DNA from: Ignavibacteriota bacterium
GTDB taxonomy: Bacteria; Bacteroidota; Ignavibacteria; UBA10030; UBA6906
NCBI GenBank assembly: GCA_963801355.1
Contig: CAWDEM010000008.1
Coordinates: forward strand, 1-64,000
DNA length: 64,000 bases
Direction: 5' to 3'
Shown piece by piece: positions 1-10,309 of this stretch; positions within the stretch are counted from its first letter, which is position 1; each line of letters opens with the position of its first letter. The notes under the pieces were generated by a model, which saw only the letters and a list, made by a program, of their open reading frames with translations, was not told the origin of the DNA and did not search any database. Both the position numbers and the translations under genes were made by a program.

Positions 1-320
1 ATCCCTCAGTTGAGCGATGTTCTCAAGCATCATGAGCGGAATACAAGCCGGTTCTCTTCCCAGAAAGGATGGAAAGGTGTAAAGATTCTTGCTTGAAGGG
101 CGGTTTGTCTCGAGGGATGAACATAGATTTCCATCGGCCCACGCGGGCAACATTGCAGCAACAAGCTCCTGAGTGTTTCTTTCGCGGCCCGTCGGAAGTA
201 GAAGTGGTGCAGTCCATTCACAACAGCGACTTTGTCAATCGCCCCGTCCCTTTGAACTTCTCGCGGCTCAGGTGAATCTTTGTTGATCCCCAAGTGGGTC
301 CGTTGGGTGTTGTAGTAGCG
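1..320 (-). pseudogene. 3' remnant of a family-B rve transposase and its downstream non-coding region, cut by the family-A IS at 321
   Basis: Minus strand reads RYYNTQRTHLGINKDSPEPREVQRDGAIDKVAVVNGLHHFYFRRAA, close to the C-terminus of 4048..5061; nt 1-30 match the family-B subterminal motif. Confidence 0.85.
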
Positions 321-926
321 CGTGGGGGGGACTTATTCCGTCTGACGTTAGAAGTGGTGATATTTGACTCTGAAAGGCCTCTCCCATTTTCAGAGCCAAC
401 ATGATAGCCTTGTTTGCCACCCTCCTACGTTTCATCCTCCATGCCTTCCGGTCAAAAAGGAATATCCTCACTGAGAACGCGCTGCTAAAGAAGGAGAACG
501 AGATCCTGGTGAGGAAAGTGGGGAACAAGAGGGTTTGTTTCAGCTTCTACGACAAGTGCTTCTTCGTTGTTCTGAACAAGGCCGCTGACATCAAATACCG
601 GCTTACGCTGGTTAAGCCGGAAACGCTCCTCAGCTGGCAGCGAACTCTGATAACGCGGTTTTGGACGTTTGAACACGCTCCGGCGAAAAGAGGCCGTAAG
701 CCTGTCGACACAGAAGTAAAGGACCTGATCTTGTCCATGAAAAACGAAAACTTGTTGTGGGGTGTGAAGCGGATTCAGGGCGAGCTGTTGAAGCTGGATA
801 TCTCTCTGAGCACAAAGACTATCCGCAAGATTCTTCAGGACTTCAGGCGGAGAGGCAAGATTCGGAGGTCACTAACCTGGAAGAAGTTCCTAACAGCACA
901 GATTCAATCGATCTACGCAATGGACT

Positions 927-2813
927 GTGCGCCATGACGGCGCGGGAAGGAGACTGAACGTGGTCACCTAAACGCAGCCTTGCTGCACAAAAGATGAGGG
1001 CAGGCCCCTCGGGCTCGGATTGTAGGATCAGGGCCCAAACCACCGTAAGCTGCTTTGATCTAAGGGTCGAGGTGGTGAGCGTTACGGCAAAAGGTCCCGC
1101 TTGACGGGATCAGGTGAAGCTCACGAAGGCGAACGAAAGTGAACCGTTGATGAGGTGTCGAAAGCGTAAGGACGCCATCGAAACCGGACTCCAGTCCATG
1201 GTCCGGGATGAAGTTCGGGAGATGCCTACTGACTGCCCGAGCGGTGGCCGGCATGAAGACGGCGCGAGCGTGAGCATAGGCTTTTGTGCGGAACATGGGA
1301 ACCTGTAGCCTTGATGTTAAGGGAGAAATCCAAGTGGCAGACCCATTAGGATGAGAGTACCGAAGCGAGGCACAGGGACGGACGGGCTCGTACGAGCGAA
1401 GACGCCTGGTAATGCGGGCCGAGCAAAGGAGCCCGACTCTCCGGTTTTAGAGATTGGTCAATCCCGCGAAGCGGGAGAGGAGCCAGTGACTAAGGCCAAG
1501 CCATACAGCATTCCAAAGCAACTTGTGTGGGAAGCCTACCAACGGGTGAAGGCGAACTGTGGTGCAGGGGGCGTGGATGGCGAGACACTGACAGCATTCG
1601 AGAAGGATCTGAAGGATAATTTGTACAAGATCTGGAATCGGATGTCGTCGGGCTCGTATTTCCCGTCACCTGTGCGGCTCGTCGAGATACCGAAGGATAA
1701 CGGGGGCAAGCGCCCACTTGGCATACCGACAATATCGGATCGGGTGGCACAGACGGTCGTCAAGATGGTCCTGGAGCCGTTAGTGGAACCGGTGTTCCAT
1801 GAGGACTCCTATGGCTATCGTCCCGGCAAGTCTGCGCTCGGTGCGGTAGGGATGGCGAGAAAGCGTTGCTGGGGCACTGACTGGGTCATTGATCTGGACA
1901 TCACAGCGTTCTTTGACAGTCTGGATCATGCTCTGGTTGAGCGCGCCGTGGCCCACCACACCGACCTTCCGTGGGTTCGCCTGTACGTTGGGCGGTGGCT
2001 TCGTGCCCCTGTGCAGCGACCGGACGGGAGCCTGGAGCAACGGACGCGAGGCACACCGCAAGGTGGGGTCGTCAGCCCGCTGCTAGCGAATCTCTTCCTG
2101 CATTACGCGTTCGATGCCTGGATGCAGCGGACATATCCCGCTGTCGGGTTCGAGCGGTATGCGGACGATGGTCTTGTCCACTGCAGGAGCGAATCCCAGG
2201 CCAAGGCGGTGCGGGAAGCCATCCGGGTCCGATTTGAGCAGTGCGGTCTGGAGCTTCATCCAACGAAGACTCAGATCGTTTACTGCAAAGATGACGACCG
2301 CCGTGGGGAGTATGAACATATCAAGTTCGACTTTCTGGGGTACACCTTCCAACCTCGACGGGCGAAGGATCGCTGGGGGAAACACTTTGTGGGTTTTCTT
2401 CCGGCGATTAGCACCAAGTCAGCCAGAGCGATCCGCAAGACCATCCGCGAGTGGCGGCTGGCCTCCACCAGAAACAACCAGCGATTGGAGGACCTTGCGC
2501 GGCTTATCAACCCGGTGGTGCGTGGATGGATGAACTACTATGGCCGGTTCTACCGGTCTCAGTGTGTTCAAGTTCTCCGCCATATCAATAAGGCCCTCGC
2601 CCAATGGGCGCGATGGAAATTCAAACGGTTTAGACGCCGAGCGCGTGCGCCCATGTACTGGTTGGGACGTATCGCGCTACGGGACCCGAAGTTGTTTGTC
2701 CTGTGGCAACTCGGCATTAGGCCGGAGGCTGGAGGGTAAGAGCCGGATGAGGCGCGAGTCTCACGTCCGGATCTGTGAGGGCGTGGGGGTGAGATCCCCC
2801 CGCGCTACTCGAC
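927..2813 (+). mobile_element. Group II intron (IIB, RmInt1/class D-like)
   Basis: 5' GTGCG at 927; domain V GAGCCGGATGAGGCGCGAGTCTCACGTCCGGATC at 2740-2773; domain VI with bulged A; 3' ...CGAC at 2813. EBS1 AGTCCAT (1193-1199) pairs with exon ATGGACT; EBS2 GCGTA (1164-1168) pairs with TACGC. Confidence 0.95.
1486..2739 (+). CDS. ltrA: Group II intron reverse transcriptase/maturase without an endonuclease domain
   Basis: GAGGVDG, RPLGIPTISDRVAQ, GTPQGGVVSPLLAN, YADD, FDFLG and LINPVVRGWMNYY motifs; GTG start after GGAGAGGAG (track ORF opens at 1351). Confidence 0.95.
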   Translation: MTKAKPYSIPKQLVWEAYQRVKANCGAGGVDGETLTAFEKDLKDNLYKIWNRMSSGSYFPSPVRLVEIPKDNGGKRPLGIPTISDRVAQTVVKMVLEPLVEPVFHEDSYGYRPGKSALGAVGMARKRCWGTDWVIDLDITAFFDSLDHALVERAVAHHTDLPWVRLYVGRWLRAPVQRPDGSLEQRTRGTPQGGVVSPLLANLFLHYAFDAWMQRTYPAVGFERYADDGLVHCRSESQAKAVREAIRVRFEQCGLELHPTKTQIVYCKDDDRRGEYEHIKFDFLGYTFQPRRAKDRWGKHFVGFLPAISTKSARAIRKTIREWRLASTRNNQRLEDLARLINPVVRGWMNYYGRFYRSQCVQVLRHINKALAQWARWKFKRFRRRARAPMYWLGRIALRDPKLFVLWQLGIRPEAGG

Positions 2814-3390
2814 TCGTCACGGTTGACACCATGCTGGGGAAACGATTATATGTTTTCGCAATCATCTCACACAAAACACGGGAGATTGTGCGGTTTGCCA
2901 TCACCGAGAATCCGACCAGGGAATTCGTCCGTCAGCAGTTGATGCTGTTCAGCGAAGGCATTGCCAGCAAAGTCTATCTGATCCACGACAATGCGTTGAT
3001 GTTCAATATCGACTTCTGGCCTACAATCTGGTATCGGTGAGAACAGGCGTGGAAGCGCCGAACATGAACAGCATCATGGAGCGGTTCTTCAGGACGGTGA
3101 GAAGAGAAGCGCTGGACAATTGTCTGCTGATTGGCAGAAGTCAGATCGAGAGGATTCTGGAGGAATACGTTACCTTCTACAACCGCCAGCGACCACATCA
3201 GGGGCTTCAACAACAAATCCCGAATCCTGGTGAACCTGAGAAAACAGGTGGTGCTGTTTGCCGGAGTGCTGTCCTAGGCGGGCTGCACCATCACTATTAC
3301 AGACAGGCGGTGTAAGGGATGGAATAAGTCCCCATTACGAGGTGAAGCCGGCAGATATATACTTTCTCACTCCTGCGCAATCTCGCAAAA

Positions 3391-3826
3391 GGCGGAATTG
3401 ACCAGGCACGTAGCGCGGCAGCCAAGGCTGCACTCCCGGCAACTCTAGTGAAGCGGAACAATATCGATCTCAGTCACAATCTCCCCGATTGCTCATTCTG
3501 GACCTGATTTTGGCGTCATCCCGAGTTCCTTCCGCAGCTTCTCCGTGTCAACGCGGTTGAACGCATCGGGAACATGGCGGTTCTTTGATTCAAAATCCAG
3601 CAGAAGGGATTCCAGGAGCTCTCGTCCGATCGGATCCTTGGCTGCCTTCCGGGGGGTCATCCCGCGCAGAGCCGGTACGGGTGTGTCCGGCCAGGAAGCC
3701 CAGTGCTTCTCCATCTCCCGCCTCAGCATCGCTTGCACTTCCGGAAGTGACATCAGGCGTGCTTGCTCTTCGGCCCTTTTCACGGCGTCTTCGCTGCCTG
3801 CGTTCTGGTCAGCCTTCCTCAAGGCC
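3391..3826 (-). repeat. Near-identical partial duplicate of 12673-13107 (3' end of the SEC-C gene plus downstream DNA)
   Basis: Same C-terminal peptide KADQNA...KSGPE; identity stops at the family-B IS end at 3827. Confidence 0.95.
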
Positions 3827-5157
3827 TGTCCATCGTCAATATTCCATCCACAGCAGAACGCCACACGGGATCATCAGTTGAGTGCGGGTTAAGCGCGATG
3901 AGAATGTGGGTGGGGGCAGAGGCTTGGGTTCAAGAGGAAAAGATGTCGCACAGAATTCGTCCGAAGAGTCACCTGCTTGCCGACAAGGGCATAGATACCC
4001 CGTGGTCCACACGAGGACTCTTCACAGAAAAGCAACCCGCGCACTTGTTATGCAGCGCGTCGGAAGTAGTAATGGTGCAGCCCGCCAACAACGGCTACCT
4101 TGTTGATCTCGCCATCGACTTGAACATCTCTCGATTCAGGTGAGTCTTTGCCAATTCCCAGGTGAGTCCGTTGCGTGTTGTAGTAGCGGACGTATTCGTG
4201 CAAAATCTCTCGCAGATGCGTCTCATTCAGAATAATCAAGTGGTCCAGACATTCCCACCTTATGCTCCCGATTAGTCGTTCCGCGAATCCATTCTGCCAC
4301 GGCGACCTGTATGCCGTCAGGATAGGTTCCATGCCAAGAGCGGATACAGTGTCCGTGAAGACCTCACCGAACTTCAAGTCGCGATCCCGCATCAAGAATC
4401 TGGGTGGTGCCACATCAGAGAAAGCATTTCGTAATTGCTGAGCGGACCATTGTGCCGTAGGATGAGTGGTCACGTTGAAGTGAATAATTCGACGCCTGTC
4501 GTGTGAGAGAAAGACCAGGACGTAGAGCAACCGAAAGGTGATTGTGGGGACGACGAGGAAATCGACTGATACGATTTGTGATGAATGGTTCTTCAAGAAG
4601 GTTTTCCAGCGCTGCTTGGTTGTTCTTGGGGCTTTCTTTGGCAAATACCGCTGCACGGTGGCTTCTGAGATATCTATCCCGAGCTTGAGCATCTCGCCGT
4701 GAATCCGCGGCGCTCCCCAGAGAGGGTTGTCAGCGGCCATCTGTTTGATCAGGTTGATCTGGGCTTGAGGAATTGCTGGCCGGCCAGGTGTTGGCCTGCT
4801 TTTCCATTTCCAGATTACTCGGAAGCACTGCCGGTGCCAGCGGATGACGGTCTCGGGCCTGAAGACCAGGAGTGTCTCTTTCCAAGAACTGAAGACATCG
4901 GTCATGACACTGAAGAAGATCCTATCAGAAGGGCGCAGTCGGGGTCTCGTGGACGTACGAGCGAGTATTTCGAGCTGCTTTCGGAGGAAGATGATCTCCA
5001 GCTGAAGCTGAATCCTTGATCTGAAGAATCGGAGACAAAACGAGAGGAAGGAACTGAACATCTGGGCTACTGTCCGGTTGGTTGGTGCACACTGCAAAGT
5101 AGCGAAAGTCGTTCGGCTTTGCTATTTGGCTCGCGGATGGAATTCTGAAGAGGCACA
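3827..5157 (-). mobile_element. Family-B insertion sequence, apparently complete (TGT...ACA ends, IS481-like)
   Basis: IRs TGTCCATCGTCAATATTCCATCC and GGATGGAATTCTGAAGAGGCACA enclose one transposase ORF. Confidence 0.88.
4048..5061 (-). CDS. Integrase-core (rve) DDE transposase
   Basis: NPLWGAPRIHGE, SVDF, RDRD, SPWQNGFAER, YNTQRTH and GGLHHYY motifs. Start at MFSSF is assumed; the ORF opens at 5097. Confidence 0.9.
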   Translation of the reverse strand: MFSSFLSFCLRFFRSRIQLQLEIIFLRKQLEILARTSTRPRLRPSDRIFFSVMTDVFSSWKETLLVFRPETVIRWHRQCFRVIWKWKSRPTPGRPAIPQAQINLIKQMAADNPLWGAPRIHGEMLKLGIDISEATVQRYLPKKAPRTTKQRWKTFLKNHSSQIVSVDFLVVPTITFRLLYVLVFLSHDRRRIIHFNVTTHPTAQWSAQQLRNAFSDVAPPRFLMRDRDLKFGEVFTDTVSALGMEPILTAYRSPWQNGFAERLIGSIRWECLDHLIILNETHLREILHEYVRYYNTQRTHLGIGKDSPESRDVQVDGEINKVAVVGGLHHYYFRRAA

Positions 5158-5254
5158 GGGGGTTGCTGTTTGCATAAGTCCTGTTCTGGGTGGGCTGCAT
5201 CACCACTACTACAGACAGGCAGCGTAAGGGATGGAATAAGCCCCCCCCCTTGCG
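5158..5254 (+). mobile_element. Solo right-end remnant of a family-A IS
   Basis: VLGGLHHHYYRQAA* followed by the IR GGATGGAATAAGCCCCCCCCCTTGCG. Confidence 0.85.
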
Positions 5255-5356
5255 GGTATTTCTGAAATTTCGGTCTGTTCGATAAGGATTTCAGAGATGA
5301 GAGCGTGTAATTTTGCTGGCCGCGTGCATCTGGCCTGTCACCAAGACCCGCAGGTG

Positions 5357-8300
5357 TCAATAGGGTTTTCGACCCTGGCTATCCTGCTCTCGATGCTGTA
5401 CGCCATACTTCGATGGTGCAACGCCGAACTTCGCATGGAACGCGCGGGAAAAGTGTGAGAGGCTGTTGAATCCGACGTCGTATGCGATGTCCGAGATGGT
5501 GCCGGTATGTTTGCGCAGCAGTTCCGCCGCGCGCTCCAGCCGGTACTCTTGCACCAGCTCATGCGTGGGATGCCCGGTTAACGCATGTATCTTCCTGTTG
5601 AGCTGCATCCGGCTCATGCACATGTCGTGCGCAAGGGTTTTTGTGTCGTAGTCGGCATCGGCGATGTGCTGGCCGATGTTCTCCGAGAGTTCTTGTAGGA
5701 ACCGCCCATCCATTGTCGTGACTTCCATCCGTGAGGGCCCCAGGGTCACCTGGCGCCGGTACGTTTCCCGCAGACTCCTTCTCAGCTCGATGAGGTTCTT
5801 CGCTCGTGCCGTGAGCTCGCGGGCGTCGAACGGCTTGATGATGTAATCGTCGGCACCCGTGTCCAGCCCCTCGAGTTTACCCTCGCTGGATGCCCGCGCA
5901 GTCAGCAGGATGACCGGGATGTGGCACGTCGTCTCATCATTCTTCAGTGCCTTGCACAGGGCAATCCCGTCCATCACCGGCATCATGATGTCGCTGATCA
6001 CCAGATCGACCGTAGTCTCGCGTGCTATCTTCAGGGCTTCCTGACCGTTCTGTGCGTCGACGATCCCGTAGGTGCCTTCGAGGAATCCCCGGATGTATTC
6101 ACGGACATCGGCATTGTCCTCGACGATGAGCACGACCGGTGCGCCCGCTTGTGCTTCAGCCTCCGGCTGCACCACTGCAGCTCCTTCTTCGCCCGCCCCC
6201 ACACTCTCACGATGCTCGGCCGGCAGGGTGCGGATGGTTTCGTCAGTGACAGTCTCCGCTGCACTCCACTGTTCCTTTCCTAGGGGGAGGCGGACAGTGA
6301 AGGTGGTCCCTCTGCCCGGCGTGCTCTGTACGGTTATGTCGCCTTTGAGCACCTCGACCAGTTCTTTCGTCAACGCAAGACCGATCCCGGTGCCTCCCTG
6401 CTCCCGGGTGAGCTGGGAGTCCACCTGGTAGAAACGGTCAAAGATCTTCCCGAGGTTCTGCGGCTCTACCCCGATTCCTGTATCAATCACGAGAATTTCG
6501 GCCGTGCGAGGCCCCGGATCATGCTTGATCCGTGCAATGACCTTGATCTCTCCTCCCTCGTCAGTGAACTTGAATGCATTCGACAGCAGGTTGGTCAGAA
6601 TCTTCTCGAACTTGTCGCGGTCGGTATAACCGATGATCTCTTCCTCGCCGGGGTCGAACGCAAGCCGGATCTTCTTGCGTTCCGCAAGTGAGAGGAACGA
6701 CCCGACCAATGGCCGGGTGAGCTTCACGATATCCAGGGGACACACCTGAACGGACATCTGCCCGGCATCCATCCGCGAGAGGTCCAACAGCTGGTTGATC
6801 AGCTGTAGCAGGCGGAGTCCGTTTCGGCGCATCATGGCGAGCGTGGAATGCGCGTGTTCATCATTGTTGAGGAGTACTGCAGGCTGCTCGAGCGGCCCAA
6901 GGATGAGGGTGAGAGGCGTACGGAATTCATGAGAGATATTGGCGAAGAAGCGCGACTTCATCTGATTCACCTCGTGCATCTTTCTCGCCTCAAATTCCCT
7001 CATCTGCAGGTTGTGCCTCAGGGCCGTGCGTTTCCTGTCGTAAGCGTAAAGTAAATAGAAAAGTACTCCGGCGATCAACGCATACGCCCCGTACGCCCAG
7101 AAAGTGCGGTACCAGGGGGGTGTCACGGTGATCTCTATCGAGGCCCCTTCGTCATTCCATATTCCGTCGCTGTTCGTCCCCCTCACTCTCAGCACGTATT
7201 TGCCCGGGTCAAGATTGGAGTAGCTGAGATAGCGGCGGGAGCCTGACATGACCCACTCCGGGTCGAATCCCTCCAACCGGTACGCGTACCGGTTCTTCGC
7301 AGGGTTCGTGTAGTCCAGCGCGGCAAAGGTGAAGGAGAAAAAATTCGCCGAATGCGGGAGCGTGATCGACGGGAGGGACGAGATCTCGCCGGCAAGGGGA
7401 TAGGGCTTCTCAAAAACCTTGAACGACGTGAGAACGACTGCCGGTGGAGAGGGCGCGGCAGGCGGATCATCGATCGAGAATATGAAAAATCCGCCGGCAC
7501 CACCGATCGTCACCGTACGCGCCTGGGGATCGAACTTCGCGGCATGGAAGTTGGAACGTTGAAAGTGGGGAGGTAGTGTGACCATTCTGAAAGCTCGGGT
7601 TACCTTGGTGAGGCAGAACACCCCTTCATGTGCGCTGATCCAAAGGTGCCCCTCACCATCATCAGCCATACCCCGGATCATCGCCTCACTGTTCTCCTCT
7701 ACGCTGTTGTGCAGATGTTCGAAAGTGCCCCGGTCACAGTCCATGAGGGCCAGGCCAGCGCTTGTGCCGACCCAGAGCCGTCCAGCGGAATCAGAAATGA
7801 GAGCACTTACACTATTGGCAATGAGAGCACTGTCCGAACCTGGGTCCGCCGCATAGCGACGATATTCCTTCTGCTTCACGTCGAACCGAATGAGGCCGCC
7901 GCCCCTTGTTCCATACCAGAGGTCACCACTGTGATCCATGCACATCGTGCTCACGGATTCATCACGATGACTGGCCGAGTCAGGATCCCGCCGGGGATAG
8001 ATGGAGGATCTCCCGGTTCGCCTGTCCACGGCGGCAATGAATGACATCCCTTTGCGGCTGCTGCAACCAAGCCAGAGAAGGCTGTCGCTCCCTTCAAGAA
8101 AGCGGTGGATGCGCAGATCCGGAAAAAAGCGCATAAAGGTGTCGCGTCCAGCAACGTACGTCCATGCCTCTGACAACCGCGTCGACACCAGAAGTGTCCT
8201 GTCGCGAAGTTGGCTCAGGTGGGCGATCGCCTCCGGAACCTGGTACCATCTGACCGTGTGGGTCGACAGATCAAACCGACCTACAAAACCGTTGTAACTG

Positions 8301-9541
8301 GCTGCCCAGATCTTCCCAGGCGCGTCTTGGGAGATGTCACAAATGGCTGGTCCGCCCATCAGGGCCCTTTCATGGCGGATCACCACGCTCGTGCACGGGT
8401 CTCTGCGTACGATGGCTTTGTGGGCCCCCTCATACCCGTACGGGATCCAGACGAGGGAATTGGCGGTTTGTGGATTTGCCGATCGACGTTCCTGTCTAAA
8501 TCGCGGTGCGTTCAACTGGGAAAGGAAGTCGATTGGAATTGAATTCGCGTCCGCATCATTGTGGCGAAACTGAAACATCTTGCCGGTCTCCGGATCGAAC
8601 CGGAAGATGCCCGCCCCGTCCGATGCGATCCAGATCCCTCCGAACTCGTCTTCAACGACGGCCCAAACACGTATGGATGGTGTCATGGCGGCACCACTTT
8701 TCGACAGCGAGATACCAGTCTGTGACACCATGAAATGATCCCAAGCGTCGGCGTGCGGATCGTAGCGATCGAGGCCGGTCCGGGTCCCGATCCAGAGATG
8801 TCCCCGTCGGTCGGCGCAGACTGCCCTGACGATGTCGTGGCTTGGGCCGTAACCTGTTGATGGCTTGTGCGTGTACCTTTTCCAGACACCGGTATCTTTG
8901 TTCAGCTGGCCGAGACCGCCTCCGGCTAATCCGACCCAGATGGAGCGGCCAAGCTCACAGAGGCTGGTAATCGGGAAATCTCCCAGAATCCGGCAGTCTG
9001 GGGGCAGATTGTATTGCATGAACGAATCAGACCCACGCTGGTACGATGCCAGGCCGAATCGACTGCCTGCCCAGAGCTGCCCGTCGGTTGTGACCAACAG
9101 TCTTGTAGCGCCGGTTCCGATGGATGTCGAGTCATCCGGCCCGCCGCGGTACCAGCGAGATCGGCCTGTTGCAGGGTCGAGTTTGTTCAGACCAGCGTCG
9201 GGAGTTGCCCCCCAAACGAACCCGTCTCCATCAACGGCTATTGCCGACAGCTGAACTCTGGAGGTCCCGGTTGTGTCCGCGGGATTCTCTCGATAGACCT
9301 TCAGGTCATACCCGTCAAATCGTGCTAGCCCCTGGTTTGTCCTGACCCAGAGAAACCCTTTATGGTCCAGGGCAAAACCCATTATCATCGTGCGTCCGAG
9401 AGTGGGGAAGGCTTCGCATTTTTCCAATCGGGCGACGATCCCGGGAGGGACGAAGAGGAACTCCTCGCTCGATCGTATGATTTGCGCCCGTAGAAGGCCC
9501 GGCAGCAAAGCAAGAAGAATGGCGGCGTGGCAGGTTCTCAC
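5357..9541 (-). CDS. Hybrid two-component sensor/regulator (beta-propeller, Y_Y_Y, HisKA, HATPase, REC, AraC HTH)
   Basis: Signal peptide, propeller repeats, FFANISHEFRTPL, NLLSNAFKF, GTGIGL, SDIMMP and GFNSLSHFSRAF; GTG after GGAGG (ORF opens at 9610). Confidence 0.95.
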   Translation of the reverse strand: MRTCHAAILLALLPGLLRAQIIRSSEEFLFVPPGIVARLEKCEAFPTLGRTMIMGFALDHKGFLWVRTNQGLARFDGYDLKVYRENPADTTGTSRVQLSAIAVDGDGFVWGATPDAGLNKLDPATGRSRWYRGGPDDSTSIGTGATRLLVTTDGQLWAGSRFGLASYQRGSDSFMQYNLPPDCRILGDFPITSLCELGRSIWVGLAGGGLGQLNKDTGVWKRYTHKPSTGYGPSHDIVRAVCADRRGHLWIGTRTGLDRYDPHADAWDHFMVSQTGISLSKSGAAMTPSIRVWAVVEDEFGGIWIASDGAGIFRFDPETGKMFQFRHNDADANSIPIDFLSQLNAPRFRQERRSANPQTANSLVWIPYGYEGAHKAIVRRDPCTSVVIRHERALMGGPAICDISQDAPGKIWAASYNGFVGRFDLSTHTVRWYQVPEAIAHLSQLRDRTLLVSTRLSEAWTYVAGRDTFMRFFPDLRIHRFLEGSDSLLWLGCSSRKGMSFIAAVDRRTGRSSIYPRRDPDSASHRDESVSTMCMDHSGDLWYGTRGGGLIRFDVKQKEYRRYAADPGSDSALIANSVSALISDSAGRLWVGTSAGLALMDCDRGTFEHLHNSVEENSEAMIRGMADDGEGHLWISAHEGVFCLTKVTRAFRMVTLPPHFQRSNFHAAKFDPQARTVTIGGAGGFFIFSIDDPPAAPSPPAVVLTSFKVFEKPYPLAGEISSLPSITLPHSANFFSFTFAALDYTNPAKNRYAYRLEGFDPEWVMSGSRRYLSYSNLDPGKYVLRVRGTNSDGIWNDEGASIEITVTPPWYRTFWAYGAYALIAGVLFYLLYAYDRKRTALRHNLQMREFEARKMHEVNQMKSRFFANISHEFRTPLTLILGPLEQPAVLLNNDEHAHSTLAMMRRNGLRLLQLINQLLDLSRMDAGQMSVQVCPLDIVKLTRPLVGSFLSLAERKKIRLAFDPGEEEIIGYTDRDKFEKILTNLLSNAFKFTDEGGEIKVIARIKHDPGPRTAEILVIDTGIGVEPQNLGKIFDRFYQVDSQLTREQGGTGIGLALTKELVEVLKGDITVQSTPGRGTTFTVRLPLGKEQWSAAETVTDETIRTLPAEHRESVGAGEEGAAVVQPEAEAQAGAPVVLIVEDNADVREYIRGFLEGTYGIVDAQNGQEALKIARETTVDLVISDIMMPVMDGIALCKALKNDETTCHIPVILLTARASSEGKLEGLDTGADDYIIKPFDARELTARAKNLIELRRSLRETYRRQVTLGPSRMEVTTMDGRFLQELSENIGQHIADADYDTKTLAHDMCMSRMQLNRKIHALTGHPTHELVQEYRLERAAELLRKHTGTISDIAYDVGFNSLSHFSRAFHAKFGVAPSKYGVQHREQDSQGRKPY

Positions 9542-9721
9542 GATGGATACCTCCCGGAGAGAGGCGCTACCCCGTACGGGTCTTGGCATGGGGAGAAACA
9601 AGAGATACAACAGCGGTTGTGCAGAGTCCCTGCGGCAAATCTAACACAATCGATCGGCATTGTCAACGTGCTGCCGGGGTGTCGTCCCGCACAGCATATT
9701 TCATCCCCCAAAAACCTCAGA

Positions 9722-9749
9722 ATGTTACTCCTATGCAAGAATATGTTAC
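9722..9749. promoter_or_regulatory. ATGTTAC direct repeat with 21-bp period, candidate AraC-type operator
   Basis: ATGTTAC at 9722 and 9743 between divergent genes; TGTTAC again at about 10260. Confidence 0.45.
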
Positions 9750-9786
9750 ATGACCGTGCGCATCCTGGGTAGCATGAGAACTATCT

Positions 9787-10257
9787 TTGTTCCACCAACA
9801 CCCTTGTAGGGGGCTGCCCGTGAAACGGCTTCCTGTCTTCGACGCACTGGAGCGTTACCTGCATCCCAAGGGCACAAGGTCTCCCGTTTCTGCGAGTGAC
9901 CGGCAGTTCCTGGAGCGATGTCGAGAGGTTGTCGGACAGCATGAGGCGGACCCGGAATTCACCACCGCGGTGGCAGCATCCGTTCTCGGGATGAGCCGAA
10001 TGCACCTGAACCGAAAATTGCGCGGGTTGACCGGGCAGTCGACGCATGAATACATTCAAGGAATGCGTCTGGAGGAGGCGCGGGCCTTGTTGCTGCAACA
10101 CTTGCCGGTGGCATACATCGCCCGCTCGTGCGGATTCAAGAGCGGCTCTCACTTGGCCCGGGCGTTCCACGGGCGGTTCGGAACCTCCCCATCGGGGTTC
10201 CGTGCGAAGCAGTCGCTGGCGAGGCAGCCGACGTGCCGGAGGCCGTGGGAGAAGTGA
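9787..10257 (+). CDS. Stand-alone AraC-family HTH regulator
   Basis: MSRMHLNRKLRGLTG...RLEEA...CGFKSGSHLARAF, similar to the C-terminal domain of the adjacent sensor; start uncertain. Confidence 0.8.
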   Translation: MFHQHPCRGLPVKRLPVFDALERYLHPKGTRSPVSASDRQFLERCREVVGQHEADPEFTTAVAASVLGMSRMHLNRKLRGLTGQSTHEYIQGMRLEEARALLLQHLPVAYIARSCGFKSGSHLARAFHGRFGTSPSGFRAKQSLARQPTCRRPWEK

Positions 10258-10309
10258 TGTGTTACGACAATCCTTATCCATTCCACAAATGATCAGAAAG
10301 GGCAAAGTC

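Larger units (their letters stand above)
401..3315 (+). pseudogene. Family-A transposase: exon 401-926, exon from 2814, then a frameshift near 3017
   Basis: Removing 927-2813 gives ...IYAMD-FVTVDT... in frame. LIHDN, APNMNSIMERFFRTVRRE, YNRQRPHQG and GGLHHHY motifs follow, with a frame change at about 3017. Confidence 0.85.
321..3339 (+). mobile_element. Family-A insertion sequence (rve/DDE transposase, IS481/IS3-like) interrupted by a group II intron
   Basis: Imperfect terminal IRs CGTGGGGGGGACTTATTCCGTC (321) and GGATGGAATAAGTCCCCATTACG (ends 3339); no target duplication seen. Confidence 0.85.

Noticed and set aside
1486-2739. RT as a DGR, retron or defence RT
   Set aside because: Complete group II intron boundaries, domains V/VI and a maturase domain are present; no TR/VR pair with A-specific mismatches was seen.
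3005-3040. Programmed frameshift in the family-A transposase
   Set aside because: No slippery run is present and the shift falls inside the catalytic core; mutation or sequencing error is more likely.
3493-3864. Independent 123-aa gene
   Set aside because: Its start lies in the IS end; it is a truncated duplicate of the SEC-C gene.
10046-10309. N-terminal extension of the lipoprotein
   Set aside because: It overlaps the AraC gene, and the signal peptide starts at 10310.
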